Positions 46,434-63,347 are shown, counted from the stretch's first letter. The stretch is 64,000 nt of DNA from Escherichia coli (GCF_003790525.1 NZ_CP033635.1), one strand, 5' to 3'. Notes: generated by a model not told the origin, from the sequence alone. Translations and numbers: made by a program.

Positions 46434-48875
46434 TCACTCTGCCACTTTTTTCTTCGCCGCACGCTTCGCTTTGGTCGCTGCGGCTATTTTCTGCGTTTTC
46501 GCCGATGGCTTTTTCGCTTTTCTCGCGTCTTTCTTCGCCGCTTTCGGCTTCGTTTTTTTCTCGCCGCGGAAAGCGCTGTCTGGCTCAAAGTTTACCTTTT
46601 TACCGACCTGACGACGCTTGCCGCCTTTTTTACCTGCATCGCCTTTTTTCGCTTTCTCGCGCGCCGTTTTACCGACGTTGCGCGGTGCGCGTTCGCTGGA
46701 GATCAGGCTAAAGTCGATTTTACGCTCGTCCATATTAACCGCTTCGACGCGAACTTCCACGCGATCGCCCAGGCGATAAGTCTGGCCGCTGGATTCACCC
46801 ATCAGGCGTTGCCCTACCTGGTCAAAGCGATAGTAGTCATTGTCCAGCGAAGAGACATGGACCAGACCATCAATGAACAAGTCGTCCAGACGGACGAAGA
46901 AGCCAAAGCCAGTGACGCTGGAAATTACGCCTTTAAAGACGTTACCTACCTGGTCGAGCATGAAGTCACACTTCAGCCAGTCAGCTACATCGCGTGTTGC
47001 TTCGTCGGCACGACGTTCCGCCATCGAACAGTGCTGACCCAGTTGCAGCATCTCTTCCATCGAATAATGGTAGCCGCCGGTTTCAGTGGTGTTGCCCTGA
47101 TGCCCCTGCTCTTTCGCCAGCAGATATTTAATGGCGCGGTGCAGCGTCAGGTCAGGATAACGACGAATCGGCGAAGTAAAGTGCGCATAGGACTGCAATG
47201 CCAGACCGAAGTGACCACGGTTTTCCGGATCGTAAATCGCCTGTTTCATCGAGCGCAGCAGCATAGTTTGCAGCATTTCTGCATCAGGACGATCGGCAAC
47301 CGATTCCAGTAACTCTGCATAGTCGCGCGGTTCCGGCTTGTTACCGCCCGGCAATTCCAGCCCCAGCTCCGCCAGCACTGAACGGAAAGAGGTAATCGCT
47401 TCGGTGCTCGGCTTGTCGTGAATACGGAACAGTGCCGGTTCTTTGGCTTTCTCAACGAAACGCGCCGCCGAGATATTCGCCAGAATCATGCACTCTTCAA
47501 TTAACTTGTGGGCGTCGTTACGCTGAGTCTGTTCGATACGTTCAATACGGCGTTCAGCGTTGAAAATGAACTTCGCTTCTTCGCTCTCAAATGAGATCCC
47601 ACCGCGTTCTTCACGGGCTTTATCCAGCACTTTATAGAGGTTATGCAACTCTTCGAGATGCTTAACCAGCGGGGCGTACTGCTCGCGCAGATCCTGATCG
47701 CCCTGCAGAATATGCCAGACTTTGGTGTAGGTCAGACGTGCGTGAGAGCTCATTACCGCTTCATAGAATTTGTAGCCAGTCAGGCGGCCTTTCGACGAAA
47801 CCGTCATCTCGCACACCATACACAGGCGGTCTACCTGCGGGTTGAGCGAGCACAGGCCGTTAGAGAGCACTTCCGGCAGCATCGGGATAACCTGCGAAGG
47901 GAAGTACACCGACGTACCACGGTTACGCGCTTCTCTGTCCAGCGGTGTTGGCGGACGCACATAGTAGCTGACGTCGGCAATCGCGACCCATAAACGCCAG
48001 CCGCCGCCGCGTTTTTTCTCACAGTAAACTGCATCGTCAAAGTCACGGGCGTCTTCGCCATCAATGGTGACCAGCGGTAAATCGCGCAAATCGACACGGC
48101 CCGCTTTTGCTTCTTCCGGCACTTCTTCTTTCAGCCCGGCAACTTGTTGCTCAACAGCCTGCGGCCAGATATACGGAATTTCATGGGTACGCAGAGCGAT
48201 ATCAACCGCCATGCCGGTGCCCATATTGTCGCCAAGTACTTCGACGATTTTACCCACCGCTTTGGTACGGCGAGTCGGGCGTTGGGTCAGTTCAACCACC
48301 ACCACAAAGCCCATCCGCGCGCCCATGATCTGATCGGGCGGGATTAAGATATCGAAGCTCAAACGACTGTCGTCAGGAACCACAAAGCCGACGCCCGCTT
48401 CGGTAAAGTAGCGACCAACAATCTGGCTGGTTTTTGGCACCAGTACGCGGACAATACGCGCTTCACGACGACCTTTACGGTCAGCGCCCAGCGGCTGCGC
48501 CAGCACCTGATCGCCATGAATGCAGGTTTTCATCTGCTCGCTGGAGAGATACAAATCATCTTTACGCCCTTCAACCCGCAGAAAGCCGTAGCCATCACGG
48601 TGGCCAATAACGGTACCTTTCACCAGGTCGAGGCGTTCCGGCAGCGCATAGCACTGACGACGAGTGAAGACCAGTTGACCATCGCGCTCCATCGCGCGCA
48701 GGCGGCGACGCAGGCCTTCAAGCTGCTCTTCGCCTTCAATGTGCAGTTCTACCGCCAGCTCATCACGGCTGGCCGGTTTTTCACGTTTGGTTAAATGTTC
48801 GAGGATAAATTCCCGACTAGGGATGGGATTCGCGTATTTTTCAGCTTCGCGTTCCTGGAAAGGATCTTGTGACAT
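46434..48875 (-). CDS. rnr: Ribonuclease R
   Basis: Start at [28 protein letters not shown] gives 813 aa; RNB and S1 regions; Lys-rich basic C-terminal tail. Confidence 0.94.
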   Translation of the reverse strand: MSQDPFQEREAEKYANPIPSREFILEHLTKREKPASRDELAVELHIEGEEQLEGLRRRLRAMERDGQLVFTRRQCYALPERLDLVKGTVIGHRDGYGFLRVEGRKDDLYLSSEQMKTCIHGDQVLAQPLGADRKGRREARIVRVLVPKTSQIVGRYFTEAGVGFVVPDDSRLSFDILIPPDQIMGARMGFVVVVELTQRPTRRTKAVGKIVEVLGDNMGTGMAVDIALRTHEIPYIWPQAVEQQVAGLKEEVPEEAKAGRVDLRDLPLVTIDGEDARDFDDAVYCEKKRGGGWRLWVAIADVSYYVRPPTPLDREARNRGTSVYFPSQVIPMLPEVLSNGLCSLNPQVDRLCMVCEMTVSSKGRLTGYKFYEAVMSSHARLTYTKVWHILQGDQDLREQYAPLVKHLEELHNLYKVLDKAREERGGISFESEEAKFIFNAERRIERIEQTQRNDAHKLIEECMILANISAARFVEKAKEPALFRIHDKPSTEAITSFRSVLAELGLELPGGNKPEPRDYAELLESVADRPDAEMLQTMLLRSMKQAIYDPENRGHFGLALQSYAHFTSPIRRYPDLTLHRAIKYLLAKEQGHQGNTTETGGYHYSMEEMLQLGQHCSMAERRADEATRDVADWLKCDFMLDQVGNVFKGVISSVTGFGFFVRLDDLFIDGLVHVSSLDNDYYRFDQVGQRLMGESSGQTYRLGDRVEVRVEAVNMDERKIDFSLISSERAPRNVGKTAREKAKKGDAGKKGGKRRQVGKKVNFEPDSAFRGEKKTKPKAAKKDARKAKKPSAKTQKIAAATKAKRAAKKKVAE

Positions 48876-48913
48876 CTCGGTTCCTCCGTTGTCATCTCTG
48901 ATGAAGATTTTCG

Positions 48914-49339
48914 TCACTCCACCAGCAATAATTTATAAAGCGGTTGATTCTCTTCAACCAAATCGGCAAGCGTGTAGTTATCCAGTTCCGTAAGAAAACT
49001 TTGCACGGCCTTAGAAAGTGCCTGTTTCAACCGACAGGCAGGTGTAATGTGGCAAAACTCACTGCTGCAATTCACCAGCGATAAGGGCTCCAGCTCGCGC
49101 ACCACATCACCAATACGTATCGCACTCGCCGGTTTACCCAGACGAATGCCGCCATTTTTTCCACGAACAGCAGTCACGTAGCCGGCACGACTAAGTTGAT
49201 TGATTATTTTGACCATATGATTACGGGAGACGCCGTAGACGTCAGTCACTTCAGAAATACTGGTCATCCGCCCTTCTGGCAATGACGCCATGTAGATCAG
49301 CGCACGTAATCCGTAATCAGTGAAACTCGTTAACTGCAC
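48914..49339 (-). CDS. nsrR: Nitric-oxide-sensing repressor NsrR (Rrf2 family)
   Basis: 141-aa [52 protein letters not shown]...; three Cys ligands. Confidence 0.94.
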
Positions 49340-49543
49340 ATCAACCTCAAAAGGGAAATCGGGAAAAAATACATTTATATTGATGATAAACCAGCCACAA
49401 GCTGTGTCGCTAATTTATTTCAGTTCGGGGAAGGAAAAAAGCGAGGATTTAACACTGTGTCGGATAGCGTAATGGCTTACCCGACACAGCAATGTATCAC
49501 ACTGTTAGCCCGGCAGGCAAAATATCTGCCAGGCGTACCAGAA

Positions 49544-50845
<1,302 letters not shown>

Positions 50846-50945
50846 TCAAAATCACCGTTTGCTTAAAAATGGATTCTACCATCGCTTTTTCAGAGTTACA
50901 GCACTTTTTGCACTCAAAAATGACCTCGATCAGTCTGTTTTTTGT

Positions 50946-51143
50946 TCAGCCAATCGTTTTCCTCAACATGTAGTAGACCACAACGCCCGCAACCACAAGT
51001 CCACCGCCAAAACGACGTAAAATATTATCGGGCAAATTGGTCATCGCAGAGATCATCTTCTTCCATGCCTTCGGGTAAAGCATCGGCCCTAAACCTTCCA
51101 GTACCAAAACCAGGGCAAGCGCCAGCCAGATTGTCGAATTCAT
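50946..51143 (-). CDS. yjeT: DUF2065 small membrane protein YjeT
   Basis: 65-aa ORF MNSTIWLALALVLVLEGLGPMLYPKAWKKMISAM... Confidence 0.87.
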   Translation of the reverse strand: MNSTIWLALALVLVLEGLGPMLYPKAWKKMISAMTNLPDNILRRFGGGLVVAGVVVYYMLRKTIG

Positions 51144-51157
51144 TCATTATCCTTATA

Positions 51158-51195
51158 GAAAAAGAAAACCACCGACATCCCTGAGGATGCGGTGG
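51158..51195 (-). terminator. Rho-independent terminator after hflC
   Basis: On the minus strand: ccaccgcatcctcagggatgtcggtgg followed by a TTTTCTTTTTC tract. Confidence 0.65.
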
Positions 51196-51224
51196 CTTTA
51201 TTGACCTGTACCGCAGTCGTTATA

Positions 51225-52229
51225 TTAACGCGTTGCGGAGGTCGGCGTCTTCATGTAGCGGAAGAAATCGCTGTCCGGGCTCATGACCATCACGTCCTGA
51301 TTGCCAGAGAAGCTGTTCTCATAAGCACGCAGGCTACGGATGAATGCGTAGAAGTCCGGATCTTTACTGAATGCATCAGCAAACAGTTTGGCTGCTTCGG
51401 CATCGCCTTCACCGCGCATGATGCGGCCCTGACGCTCAGCTTCTGCCAGCGTTCTGGTCACTTCATAGTCGGCAGTTGCACGCAGTTTTTCCGCTTCTTC
51501 CTGACCTTGTGAACGGTGACGACGCGCTACCGCTTCACGCTCGGCGCGCATACGGTTGTAGATCGCTTCAGACACTTCGGTCGGCAGGTTGATCTGCTTA
51601 ATTCGCACATCGACAACTTCAATACCCAGCGCCGCCATACTGTTCGGGTTGATGACCGGAACTTTGCCCTTCGTCTCAGCCGTTACGCGCTCTGCCGCTT
51701 CGGCAATGGCGTTATCTGCCGCCGGGGTAGTAACTTCATCTTCTGTACCCGCAGAACCGGAGTTCAGCGCGTCACGTACTTCGAGGGTCAGACGACCACG
51801 GGAATCGGTGACGATGTCTTTCACGTCCAGGCGACCAATTTCAGAACGCAGACGGTCAGAGAACTTACGTTTCAACAGCACTTCCGCTTGCGAAATGTCG
51901 CCACCGCCCGTTGCCAGGTAGTAACGGCTGAAATCGCTGATGCGCCATTTGATGTAAGAGTCGACGATCAGGTCTTTCTTCTCTTTGGTCACAAAGCGGT
52001 CGGCCTGGTTGTCCATGGTCTGAATACGTGCGTCGAGCATTTTCACCGTTTCAATGAACGGTATCTTGAAATGCAGACCCGGCTCATAAACCAGAGGTTT
52101 GTTGTCATCGTCACGCAGTACCTTACCAAAACGCAGCGTAATACCGCGCTCACCTTCTTTGACGACAAAGACAGACATGTAAAGCACTACCAGCACGATG
52201 ATGATAATCGCGATAACTGACTTACGCAT
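51225..52229 (-). CDS. hflC: FtsH modulator HflC
   Basis: 334-aa ORF MRKSVIAIIIIVLVVLYMSVFVVKEGERGITLRFGKV...; SPFH domain. Confidence 0.94.
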   Translation of the reverse strand: MRKSVIAIIIIVLVVLYMSVFVVKEGERGITLRFGKVLRDDDNKPLVYEPGLHFKIPFIETVKMLDARIQTMDNQADRFVTKEKKDLIVDSYIKWRISDFSRYYLATGGGDISQAEVLLKRKFSDRLRSEIGRLDVKDIVTDSRGRLTLEVRDALNSGSAGTEDEVTTPAADNAIAEAAERVTAETKGKVPVINPNSMAALGIEVVDVRIKQINLPTEVSEAIYNRMRAEREAVARRHRSQGQEEAEKLRATADYEVTRTLAEAERQGRIMRGEGDAEAAKLFADAFSKDPDFYAFIRSLRAYENSFSGNQDVMVMSPDSDFFRYMKTPTSATR

Positions 52230-52231
52230 CG

Positions 52232-53491
52232 TTATTCCCCCTGACGCTGGTAGTCGTTACGCTGCGCGTTGGCGCGGCGTTGGTCCATAATATCGCCCTG
52301 ACTGGTGGACGACGTGTTGCTTGCTCCACTGGTTGTGGAGGAAGAGGCTGGCGGCAGACGCAGCAGATTGCTGGCACCGTTATCGCTCTTCGCCGCAGGG
52401 GCGTTACCACCTTTCAGCATCTGGTCTAACGGCAGAACCATCAGGTTGCCACCTTTGTCGTTAACCAGCACTTTGCGGGTGTTGCCCAACACTTTTTCCA
52501 TCGTCTCGATATACAGACGCTCGCGAGTAATTTCCGGCGCAGCTTTATATTCCGGCAGAAGTTTAGCAAAGCGCGCCACTTCACCCTGAGCTTCCAGGAT
52601 GGTCTGGGCCTTGTACGCACGCGCCTCTTCGAGGATACGTTGCGCCTGACCGTTCGCACGCGGCTGAACTTCGTTGGTATACGCTTCTGCTTCACGAATG
52701 TATTGCTGTTCGTTTTCACGCGCGGCAATCGCATCGTCAAACGCCGCTTTTACTTCTTCCGGCGGACGAGCTGCCTGGAAGTTGACGTCCAGCAGAGTGA
52801 TACCCATATCATACGGACGAATCGTCTCTTCCAGTTCGCGCTGAGTATCGCTACGAATCACGGTACGACCTTCCGTCAGAATGCGGTCCATGGTGTATTT
52901 ACCGATAACCCCGCGCAGGGCGCTGTCGGTAGCCTGACGCAGACTGTCATCCGGGCTGGTCACGCTATACAGATATTTTTCCGGATCGGTGACGCGGTAC
53001 TGCACGTTCATCTCAACGCGCACTACGTTCTCGTCCGACGTCAGCATCACACCAGAAGCGGCCAGTTCACGCACGGCTTCCACGTTCACCGGTTTGACTT
53101 CGTCGATAAACGTCGGTTTCCAGTTCAGACCCGGCTCAACCAGATGGCTGAATTTACCAAAGCGTGTTACCACGCCGCGTTCGGCTTCTTTAATGGTATA
53201 GAAACCACTGGCCGCCCAGATAATGACAATCGCTGCCGCTGCGATGGTAACGACGCGACCGCCAAGCTGCGGGCGCGGGCCTTGCGATGAACTGCCACCG
53301 CCAGATCCGGTGCCTTTACCGCCGCCCAGACCACCGAGCTTTTTGCTCAGTTTGCGGAAGATATCATCTAAATCAGGTGGCCCTTGATCGCGACCGCCTT
53401 TGTTTCCATTTCCCTCAGAGTTGCCGCCAGGTTTGCTGCTTCCCCACGGGTCGCGGTCTTGTCCGTTATTACCGGGCTGATTCCACGCCAT
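52232..53491 (-). CDS. hflK: FtsH modulator HflK
   Basis: 419-aa ORF MAWNQPGNNGQDRDPWGSSKPGGNSEGNGNKGGRDQGPPDLDD...; SPFH domain. Confidence 0.94.
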   Translation of the reverse strand: MAWNQPGNNGQDRDPWGSSKPGGNSEGNGNKGGRDQGPPDLDDIFRKLSKKLGGLGGGKGTGSGGGSSSQGPRPQLGGRVVTIAAAAIVIIWAASGFYTIKEAERGVVTRFGKFSHLVEPGLNWKPTFIDEVKPVNVEAVRELAASGVMLTSDENVVRVEMNVQYRVTDPEKYLYSVTSPDDSLRQATDSALRGVIGKYTMDRILTEGRTVIRSDTQRELEETIRPYDMGITLLDVNFQAARPPEEVKAAFDDAIAARENEQQYIREAEAYTNEVQPRANGQAQRILEEARAYKAQTILEAQGEVARFAKLLPEYKAAPEITRERLYIETMEKVLGNTRKVLVNDKGGNLMVLPLDQMLKGGNAPAAKSDNGASNLLRLPPASSSTTSGASNTSSTSQGDIMDQRRANAQRNDYQRQGE

Positions 53492-53576
53492 GTTTGTGCT
53501 CCATATTTGTTATGCGGTGATCCCTGTTGTCTTTCGACGCCAGAGGATATGACTCCACGCTTCAGACGCTACGCCG

Positions 53577-54857
53577 TTAGATCAGGTAATCGATCAACGC
53601 CGGTTCTTGTTTACAGAGGCGACGCCAGTCAACGATCGGCATACGAACTTGCAGACTTACGCTGCCGTCCTCCTCCATCCACTCTTTTTCTATTGCCTGA
53701 AGCTGATAAAAACGACTTCTCAGACGCCCTTCCTGCGGTGGCAGACGCAATGTATGCTGCGCCACCTCGCCGGAAAGCCGCTCCGTCAAAGCCTGAAAAA
53801 GCTGTGGTATCCCCGCTCCGGTCTGTGCGGAAAGCCAGACACGGATCGGTTTGTTCTCTTCGTCCCGATCAATACGCGGTTCGAAATCTTCCAGCATATC
53901 GATCTTGTTCATCACCAGCAGGGTTGGGATCTCGTGAGCGTCGATCTCTTCAAGAACCGTATTCACCGCTTCGATGTTTTCTTGTACACGTACATCCGCC
54001 GCATCAATGACGTGCAGCAGCAATGTGGCTTGCCGCGTCTCTTGTAACGTGGCTTTAAATGCCGCCACCAGATCGTGCGGCAGGTGGCGAATAAACCCTA
54101 CGGTATCTGCAAGTACGGTTTCACCGACATCTGCAACGTCAATACGCCGCAACGTCGGGTCGAGGGTGGCAAACAACTGGTCTGCCGCGTAGACCCGCGC
54201 TTCGGTGATGCGATTGAAAAGGGTAGATTTACCGGCGTTGGTATATCCCACCAGCGAAACAGTAGGAACGTCGGCTTTGATACGCGATTGCCGCCCCTGC
54301 TCACGCTGCTTTTCAACTCTTTCCAGGCGCGACTGTATCTGCACGATGCGATTACGCAACAAACGACGGTCGGTTTCGAGCTGGGTTTCACCCGGACCAC
54401 GCAAACCTATCCCGCCTTTCTGTCTTTCAAGGTGGGTCCAGCCACGCACCAGGCGCGTAGCCAGATGGCGCAACTGCGCCAGCTCAACCTGCAACTTACC
54501 CTCATGGGTACGCGCACGTTGGGCGAAAATATCTAAAATAAGGCCGGTGCGGTCGATGACACGACACTCGCACAAACGCTCCAGGTTACGCTCCTGCGCC
54601 GGGCTCAGGGCATGGTCAAAAAGAACGACCGAAGCTCCCGTCGCTTTTACGGCTTCCGCAATTTCAACTGCTTTACCTTCACCTACAAAATACTTTGGGT
54701 GCGGCGCTTTACGGCTACCGGTAATCACCTGCAATGCTTCGACACCGGCGGAAGAGACCAGAGATTCAAACTCCTGGAGGTCTTCCATATCTTTGTCTTG
54801 CGTAAAATAGATGTGTACCAGTACCGCCTGCTCACCAGCATCATAACGGTCAAACAA
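53577..54857 (-). CDS. hflX: GTPase HflX
   Basis: 426-aa [33 protein letters not shown]...; G1 motif GYTNAGKST. Confidence 0.94.
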   Translation of the reverse strand: MFDRYDAGEQAVLVHIYFTQDKDMEDLQEFESLVSSAGVEALQVITGSRKAPHPKYFVGEGKAVEIAEAVKATGASVVLFDHALSPAQERNLERLCECRVIDRTGLILDIFAQRARTHEGKLQVELAQLRHLATRLVRGWTHLERQKGGIGLRGPGETQLETDRRLLRNRIVQIQSRLERVEKQREQGRQSRIKADVPTVSLVGYTNAGKSTLFNRITEARVYAADQLFATLDPTLRRIDVADVGETVLADTVGFIRHLPHDLVAAFKATLQETRQATLLLHVIDAADVRVQENIEAVNTVLEEIDAHEIPTLLVMNKIDMLEDFEPRIDRDEENKPIRVWLSAQTGAGIPQLFQALTERLSGEVAQHTLRLPPQEGRLRSRFYQLQAIEKEWMEEDGSVSLQVRMPIVDWRRLCKQEPALIDYLI

Positions 54858-54932
54858 GCGTATAACCCTCTAAATAGATCAGCGGGGAACGCAGGATCGC
54901 TGGCTCCCCGTGTAAAAAAACAGCCCGAAACC

Positions 54933-55253
<321 letters not shown>

Positions 55254-55326
55254 TTATATGCTTATTTGTACTTTGAACCTTTCGATTCTGAAAAAATTGC
55301 GCACGATACGTCTCAATTGTACACAT

Positions 55327-56277
55327 TCAGCCTGCGATAGCACCAACAACCTGTAATACTTCGTCACGCGCTTGTTCTGGTTTTTCACTGTCAAGCCAGT
55401 GAACCCCTTCCCAACCACGCAGCCAGGTTATCTGCCGCTTCGCCAACTGTCTCGTGGCGCAAACACCTCGATAAACCATTTCATCGTATGAGATTTCGCC
55501 TTCAAGGTAAGACCACATCTGGCGATAACCCACGCAACGAATGGAAGGCAAATCCGTATGCAAATCTCCTCGGGCAAAAAGCGCCCGGACTTCTGCTTCA
55601 AAACCTGAAGCCAACATCTGATGAAAACGCTGCTCAATTCGTTGATGGAGCAGTTCACGGCTCGCCGGGGCGATGGCGAACTGATGCACCTGATACGGTA
55701 GAGCGTCTCCTGACGTTTGCGTCAGTTCCGTTAAAGTTTTACCCGAAATGAAAAAAACTTCCAGTGCCCGGGAAAGCCTTTGTGGATCATTTGGATGAAT
55801 CCTTGCTGCCGCAACCGGATCGATCTCCTGAAGTTGACGATGCAATGACTCCCAACCTTGCTCTGCCGCCTGTTGCTCAATTCTGGCCCGCACTTCCGGG
55901 TCTGCCGACGGTAGCGGCGACAACCCTTCCAGCAATGCCTTGAAATACAACATCGTACCGCCCACTAACAGTGGGATCCGCCCCGCCGCGGTGATATCGG
56001 CCATTTCCGCCAGCGCATCGCGGCGAAAATCAGCAGCCGAGTAAGCCTGCGACGGATCGCGAATATCCAGCAATCGGTGCGGCGCGGCGAGTAACTCTTC
56101 AGCGTTCGGCTTCGCCGTCCCGATATCCATCCCTTTGTAAATAAGGGCAGAATCAACGCTTATCAACTCTACTGGTAAAATTTTACGCAGCTCAATGGCT
56201 AACGCCGTTTTACCGGAGGCCGTCGGCCCCATCAAAAAAATCGCCTTAGGCAGGCTCGCCTTACTGATATCACTCAT
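55327..56277 (-). CDS. miaA: tRNA dimethylallyltransferase MiaA
   Basis: 316-aa [33 protein letters not shown]... (P-loop). Confidence 0.94.
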
Positions 56278-58117
56278 CTTTCAGGGCTTTTATCGCCGGA
56301 TGTAAATCAACAGATTGTAACAGACCACCCGGCGGCGTTTTCACAAGTTGCGGACATAACCGTTCCACGTCCGCCAGCAGGGTTATGGCCTGTGCCATTG
56401 ACCACTGCGCATGTTCGCTCATCAGATTTCGTGCAATCCACTGCGCAATATTGCCAGGTTCGAATACGGACTGCTTCGCCAGGTAGCCTATCAGTTCAGG
56501 AATCAAGATTTGTAAATTTTGTTGGCGTAAGGGTAAAGGCACGGCCCTGATGGTCACATGCTGCGCATCGGACTGGAAATCAATACCCAATTCCGCCAGG
56601 GCAGACTGCGCTTTTTCTAATGCCGATTTTTCTTCGCCAGAAACTTTTAGCCGCAACGGAATAAGCAGCGGTTGGGCGCAAACTGGCGCTTCACCCGGCG
56701 TCAGTTGCGCCTGACGCAGCCAACGTTCTGCCACTGGCAAGGCTAAAAGTGAAATGTTTCCGTCGCGCTCCAGCAAGGCACAGTCGGAATGGACGATAGT
56801 CAGTACCCGACCAAAACTCTGACTGTTCGCCGCAAGTGCAGGTTCCTGCGGTTCTGGCGCTTTTGGTTTTTGCATCGGCGCGGGCGTTTGCAAAAGCTGG
56901 CGATACACTTCACCTTGCTGTTTCTGGTAACCTGGCTGCGCATTCGGCCAGGGGGCAGCCGGACGACTGCCTGAGGCGGGCGCAGGAGTGTAACGCGGAG
57001 CTACTGGCTCACGAACTGCCGGTTCAGCAAAATGATTGCGCCCCGCCGCCACGCGGTTTTCCGGAATAGCACGCGGTGCAGGTTGGGGTTCATCGTCCAG
57101 CGGTAGCGGCGTTTCCAGTTGCTGTTGTAGCACGCTCAGCACGCCCTGATAGATAAAATCATGCACCAGACGCGACTGATGGAAACGCACTTCGTGTTTG
57201 GCAGGGTGCACGTTGACGTCCACCTGATGTGGGTCGATCTCCAGATACAACACAAATGCCGGTTGCTGATCGGCCCCCAGTTTGTCTTCACAGGCCTGGC
57301 GGATCGCGTGATTGATCAGGCGATCGCGCATCATGCGACCGTTCACGTAGCAATACTGAATTTCTGCCAGGGCGGGCGTGGTGTGATTCGGATCGGCCAC
57401 CCAGCCGCGCAGGGTGAGATCGCCGTGTTGCCATTCAATCGCCAGCGCTTGTTCGAGAAAAGCGGTGCCGCAAATCGCGCCTAAGCGCCGTTCTTTTTGC
57501 CCGCCTTCCGGCACTGCACGGTACTGACGCACAATTTTACCGTTATGCGACAGGTTGATCGTGACGTCGAAACGCGCCAGCGCAATGCGGCGAATAATTT
57601 CATCGATATGGTTAAATTCGGTTTTCTCGGTGCGCAGGAATTTGCGCCGCGCCGGGGTGTTGTAGAACAGATCCAGCACCTCCAGCGTCGTTCCCACCGG
57701 ATGCGCCGCCGGTTTAACCGTCACGTCCATATCGCGCCCTTCGGCATAGGCCTGCCAGGCTTCCTGCTGTTCTGCGGTGCGTGAAGTGAGCGTCAGGCGG
57801 GAAACCGAACTGATACTCGCCAGCGCCTCACCGCGAAAGCCCAGGCTGATAATGGCTTCGAGATCGTCCAGAGAGGCGATTTTACTGGTGGCATGACGAG
57901 CCAGCGCCAGCGCCAGCTCATCTTTTTTGATACCGCAGCCGTTATCACGAATGCGGATAAGTTTCGCCCCGCCACGTTCGATATCAATATCGATACGCGT
58001 CGCACCTGCATCGAGGCTGTTTTCCACCAGTTCTTTGACTACCGACGCAGGTCGCTCGACCACCTCACCTGCGGCAATCTGGTTCGCCAGTTGTGGCGGT
58101 AAGACCTGAATTGGCAT
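56270..58117 (-). CDS. mutL: DNA mismatch repair protein MutL
   Basis: Start at [39 protein letters not shown] gives 615 aa; GHKL ATPase. Confidence 0.94.
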
Positions 58118-58126
58118 CAATCGTCC

Positions 58127-59464
58127 TTAGTTTGGCAGCGTACGATCTGGCGTCGTCACCGTACTGGCAGTTTGTGCCGTTGCACCCTGCGGCGCAGATT
58201 GCATCGGATGCGCAAGGAAATAATTGCGCAGACCTTTATAAATGGCTTCTGCCAGCTGTTGTTGGTAATCGTCGCTCGCCAGCAAACGTTCTTCGCTGTT
58301 GTTGCTGATAAAACCGGTTTCGACCAGTACTGATGGGATATCCGGCGAACGCAGAACGCCAAGGCTGGCGTGTTCTGGTCGACGTTTATGAATTTCGCCA
58401 ATGCGTTGCAACTGACTGATCATACTGGTCGCTACATCATACCCTACCCGCTGGGAATGACCGAACTGTAAATCCAGCACCGCCTGGCTCAAATAGGGGT
58501 CAGACTGACTGTTCGCCAGCACATCGCCCGCTCCGCCCAGTAGCTCCGACTGTTTCTCATGCTGTTCCAGCCAGCTTGCCATCTCGCTGTTTGCACGACG
58601 GTTAGAGAGCACCCATACGGAAGCGCCAGTCGCACTGCGGTTTGGTGCGGCATCAGCGTGAATCGACACGAGGAAATTGGCGTTTTGCTTACGTGCCACA
58701 TCGCTGCGCCCCATCACCGAAATAAAGTAATCCCCGTCACGGGTTAAAACGCCTTTAAACATTGGATCGTCATTGAGCAAAGTACGTAATTTACGTGCGA
58801 TGGCGATGGTGACATTTTTCTCCCGCGTACCACCGGGGCCGATAGCGCCAGGATCCTGACCGCCGTGTCCGGCATCAATAGCGATGATAATTTTATCGCC
58901 AGTGTTAGCCGTCGCGCGCGCTGCCGGACGCGTTACCGTATTACTGCTGATAACACCCGTAGTGCGGTTACTTTCCGTTTTAAACGGATTGCGCGCCGGT
59001 TCGCTGACGCGCGGTGCGCCAACCGCAGGCGTTTCAACGCGTTTCGCAACCACAGGCGGCGGAGGAGGCGGTGGCGGCGCATCGGCGTTAATCGTAAAGA
59101 CGACAGTGTAATTGCTGCCATTCTGCCGCTTCACCGCTTCGGTTTTACCATTTTCGGTAAGATCGACCACCAGCCGTAGCGTTTGTGCATCTTTAGGCGT
59201 TCCAGAGCGAATCGCCTTCACCAGATTATTGCCGCTGAACAACAACGGCAGTCCCTGAATCACGCCCGTTTGTTTGATATCGAGCGCCACGATGCGTTTG
59301 CTTTGATGGCTAAACGCATAATCAGGATCGCCAATAAAACTCAACGTTATCCGCGCCTGTTGGTTGCCGTTAGAAACCTGAATATCAGAGAGCGTCGCGG
59401 CACCCACCTGCGCGCACAGCAGCAGCAACGTCGCTACCAACCAATTTCTGATGCGATACATCAT
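58127..59464 (-). CDS. amiB: N-acetylmuramoyl-L-alanine amidase AmiB
   Basis: Start at [30 protein letters not shown] gives 445 aa; poly-Pro linker; Amidase_3 domain. Confidence 0.92.
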   Translation of the reverse strand: MMYRIRNWLVATLLLLCAQVGAATLSDIQVSNGNQQARITLSFIGDPDYAFSHQSKRIVALDIKQTGVIQGLPLLFSGNNLVKAIRSGTPKDAQTLRLVVDLTENGKTEAVKRQNGSNYTVVFTINADAPPPPPPPPVVAKRVETPAVGAPRVSEPARNPFKTESNRTTGVISSNTVTRPAARATANTGDKIIIAIDAGHGGQDPGAIGPGGTREKNVTIAIARKLRTLLNDDPMFKGVLTRDGDYFISVMGRSDVARKQNANFLVSIHADAAPNRSATGASVWVLSNRRANSEMASWLEQHEKQSELLGGAGDVLANSQSDPYLSQAVLDLQFGHSQRVGYDVATSMISQLQRIGEIHKRRPEHASLGVLRSPDIPSVLVETGFISNNSEERLLASDDYQQQLAEAIYKGLRNYFLAHPMQSAPQGATAQTASTVTTPDRTLPN

Positions 59465-59482
59465 CCCGCCACCTTTCAAAGG

Positions 59483-61461
<1,979 letters not shown>

Positions 61462-61463
<2 letters not shown>

Positions 61464-62601
61464 GTCAGAGCCCCTCGATCTCAATCAGTTAGCGCAAAAA
61501 ATTAAACAGTGGGGGCTGGAACTGGGCTTTCAGCAGGTAGGTATTACCGATACCGATCTCAGCGCGTCCGAGCCCAAACTGCAAGCATGGCTGGACAAAC
61601 AATACCACGGCGAAATGGACTGGATGGCGCGTCACGGTATGCTGCGTGCTCGTCCTCACGAATTATTGCCCGGTACGCTGCGCGTGATCAGCGTGCGGAT
61701 GAATTACCTTCCTGCTAACGCCGCATTTGCCAGCACGCTGAAAAACCCCAAACTCGGCTATGTTAGCCGTTATGCGCTGGGCCGTGACTATCACAAACTT
61801 CTGCGCAACCGACTCAAAAAGCTGGGCGAGATGATTCAGCAACATTGTGTTTCGCTGAATTTTAGACCGTTTGTCGATTCTGCGCCTATTCTTGAGCGCC
61901 CGTTAGCTGAAAAAGCTGGGCTCGGCTGGACAGGTAAGCACTCACTTATCCTCAATCGCGAGGCCGGCTCGTTCTTCTTTTTAGGCGAATTGCTGGTCGA
62001 TATTCCGCTACCCGTGGATCAACCAGTCGAGGAAGGATGCGGTAAATGCGTGGCCTGTATGACGATTTGCCCGACCGGTGCCATCGTCGAGCCATATACC
62101 GTCGATGCTCGCCGCTGTATCTCTTATCTCACCATCGAACTGGAAGGGGCGATCCCGGTAGAGTTGCGACCATTAATGGGAAACCGTATTTACGGTTGCG
62201 ATGACTGCCAGCTTATCTGCCCGTGGAATCGCTATTCGCAACTCACTACAGAAGACGATTTCAGCCCGCGTAAGCCGCTACACGCACCGGAACTCATTGA
62301 GTTATTCGCCTGGAGCGAAGAGAAGTTTTTAAAAGTCACGGAAGGTTCGGCGATTCGCCGTATAGGTCACCTGCGTTGGCTGCGTAATATCGCCGTAGCC
62401 TTAGGCAATGCCCCCTGGGATGAAACGATTTTGACAGCGCTGGAAAGTCGTAAAGGTGAGCACCCACTTCTTGATGAGCACATAGCGTGGGCGATTGCGC
62501 AGCAAATCGAGAGGCGAAATGCGTGCGTGGTCGAAGTGCAATTACCGAAAAAACAGCGTCTGGTTCGGGTGATTGAAAAAGGGTTACCGCGTGACGCCTG
62601 A
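61462..62601 (+). CDS. queG: Epoxyqueuosine reductase QueG
   Basis: Start at MSEPLDLNQLAQKIKQWGLELGFQQVG gives 379 aa; 4Fe-4S motifs CGKCVACMTICP and CDDCQLICP. Confidence 0.92.
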
Positions 62602-62870
62602 TTCATCCACAGCTTGTGAATAAAAATAAAAACGCATTGCAATTCAAGCCGGAAAAAATCGTCAAGTGATCGATACGACAAAACGAAATCTTAATTTTTA
62701 ACTTATCTATCAATAGGTTAAAAAAATACTATTCACCGTGCGAAGTTTCTTTGAAATTAAGATTACGGCCTGAGGCTGTGGATAACTCTGTTTACAAGAG
62801 TTTGTCAGAGACAACAAAAACCAGCAATAACGCATCGCGTCGCTGTGGATATTTTATTGAGAGAAGAATT

Positions 62871-62946
<76 letters not shown>

Positions 62947-62981
62947 TTGGGTGGTCTGTGCTTTACAGCACTTTCAAATTT

Positions 62982-63057
<76 letters not shown>

Positions 63058-63214
63058 TTAATCTTCGTCTTTCGAACTGCTACTACCTTGGCTGCCTTCA
63101 CTCACCTTAGTCACTTACTTTTGTAAGCTCCCAAGGATTCGTTCAGTTGCCGCCTTGTCGCAATTCGAAATACTGCGATTGGGTGGTCTGTGCTTTGCAG
63201 CACTTTTCAAATTT

Positions 63215-63290
<76 letters not shown>

Positions 63291-63347
63291 GTACTACTTA
63301 ATTTTGCTTTCGTAATTTTCGCATTTCTGCGTCGTTACGGGAGGCGC

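Noticed and set aside
46434-46620. GC-rich repetitive DNA at the rnr 3' end as a separate repeat element
   Set aside because: It encodes the known Lys/Ala-rich basic C-terminal tail of RNase R (...[20 protein letters not shown]...), so it is part of the CDS and not an independent repeat.
49453-49497. Palindrome tgtgtcgg...ccgacaca downstream of purA as a rho-independent terminator
   Set aside because: The stem is short with a roughly 25-nt loop and no T-tract; it could be a degenerate REP or a processing site, but the evidence is too weak to annotate.
52640-53290. 216-aa plus-strand ORF (also 54205..54810 and 54612..55223)
   Set aside because: Antisense to hflK and hflX respectively; no independent support.
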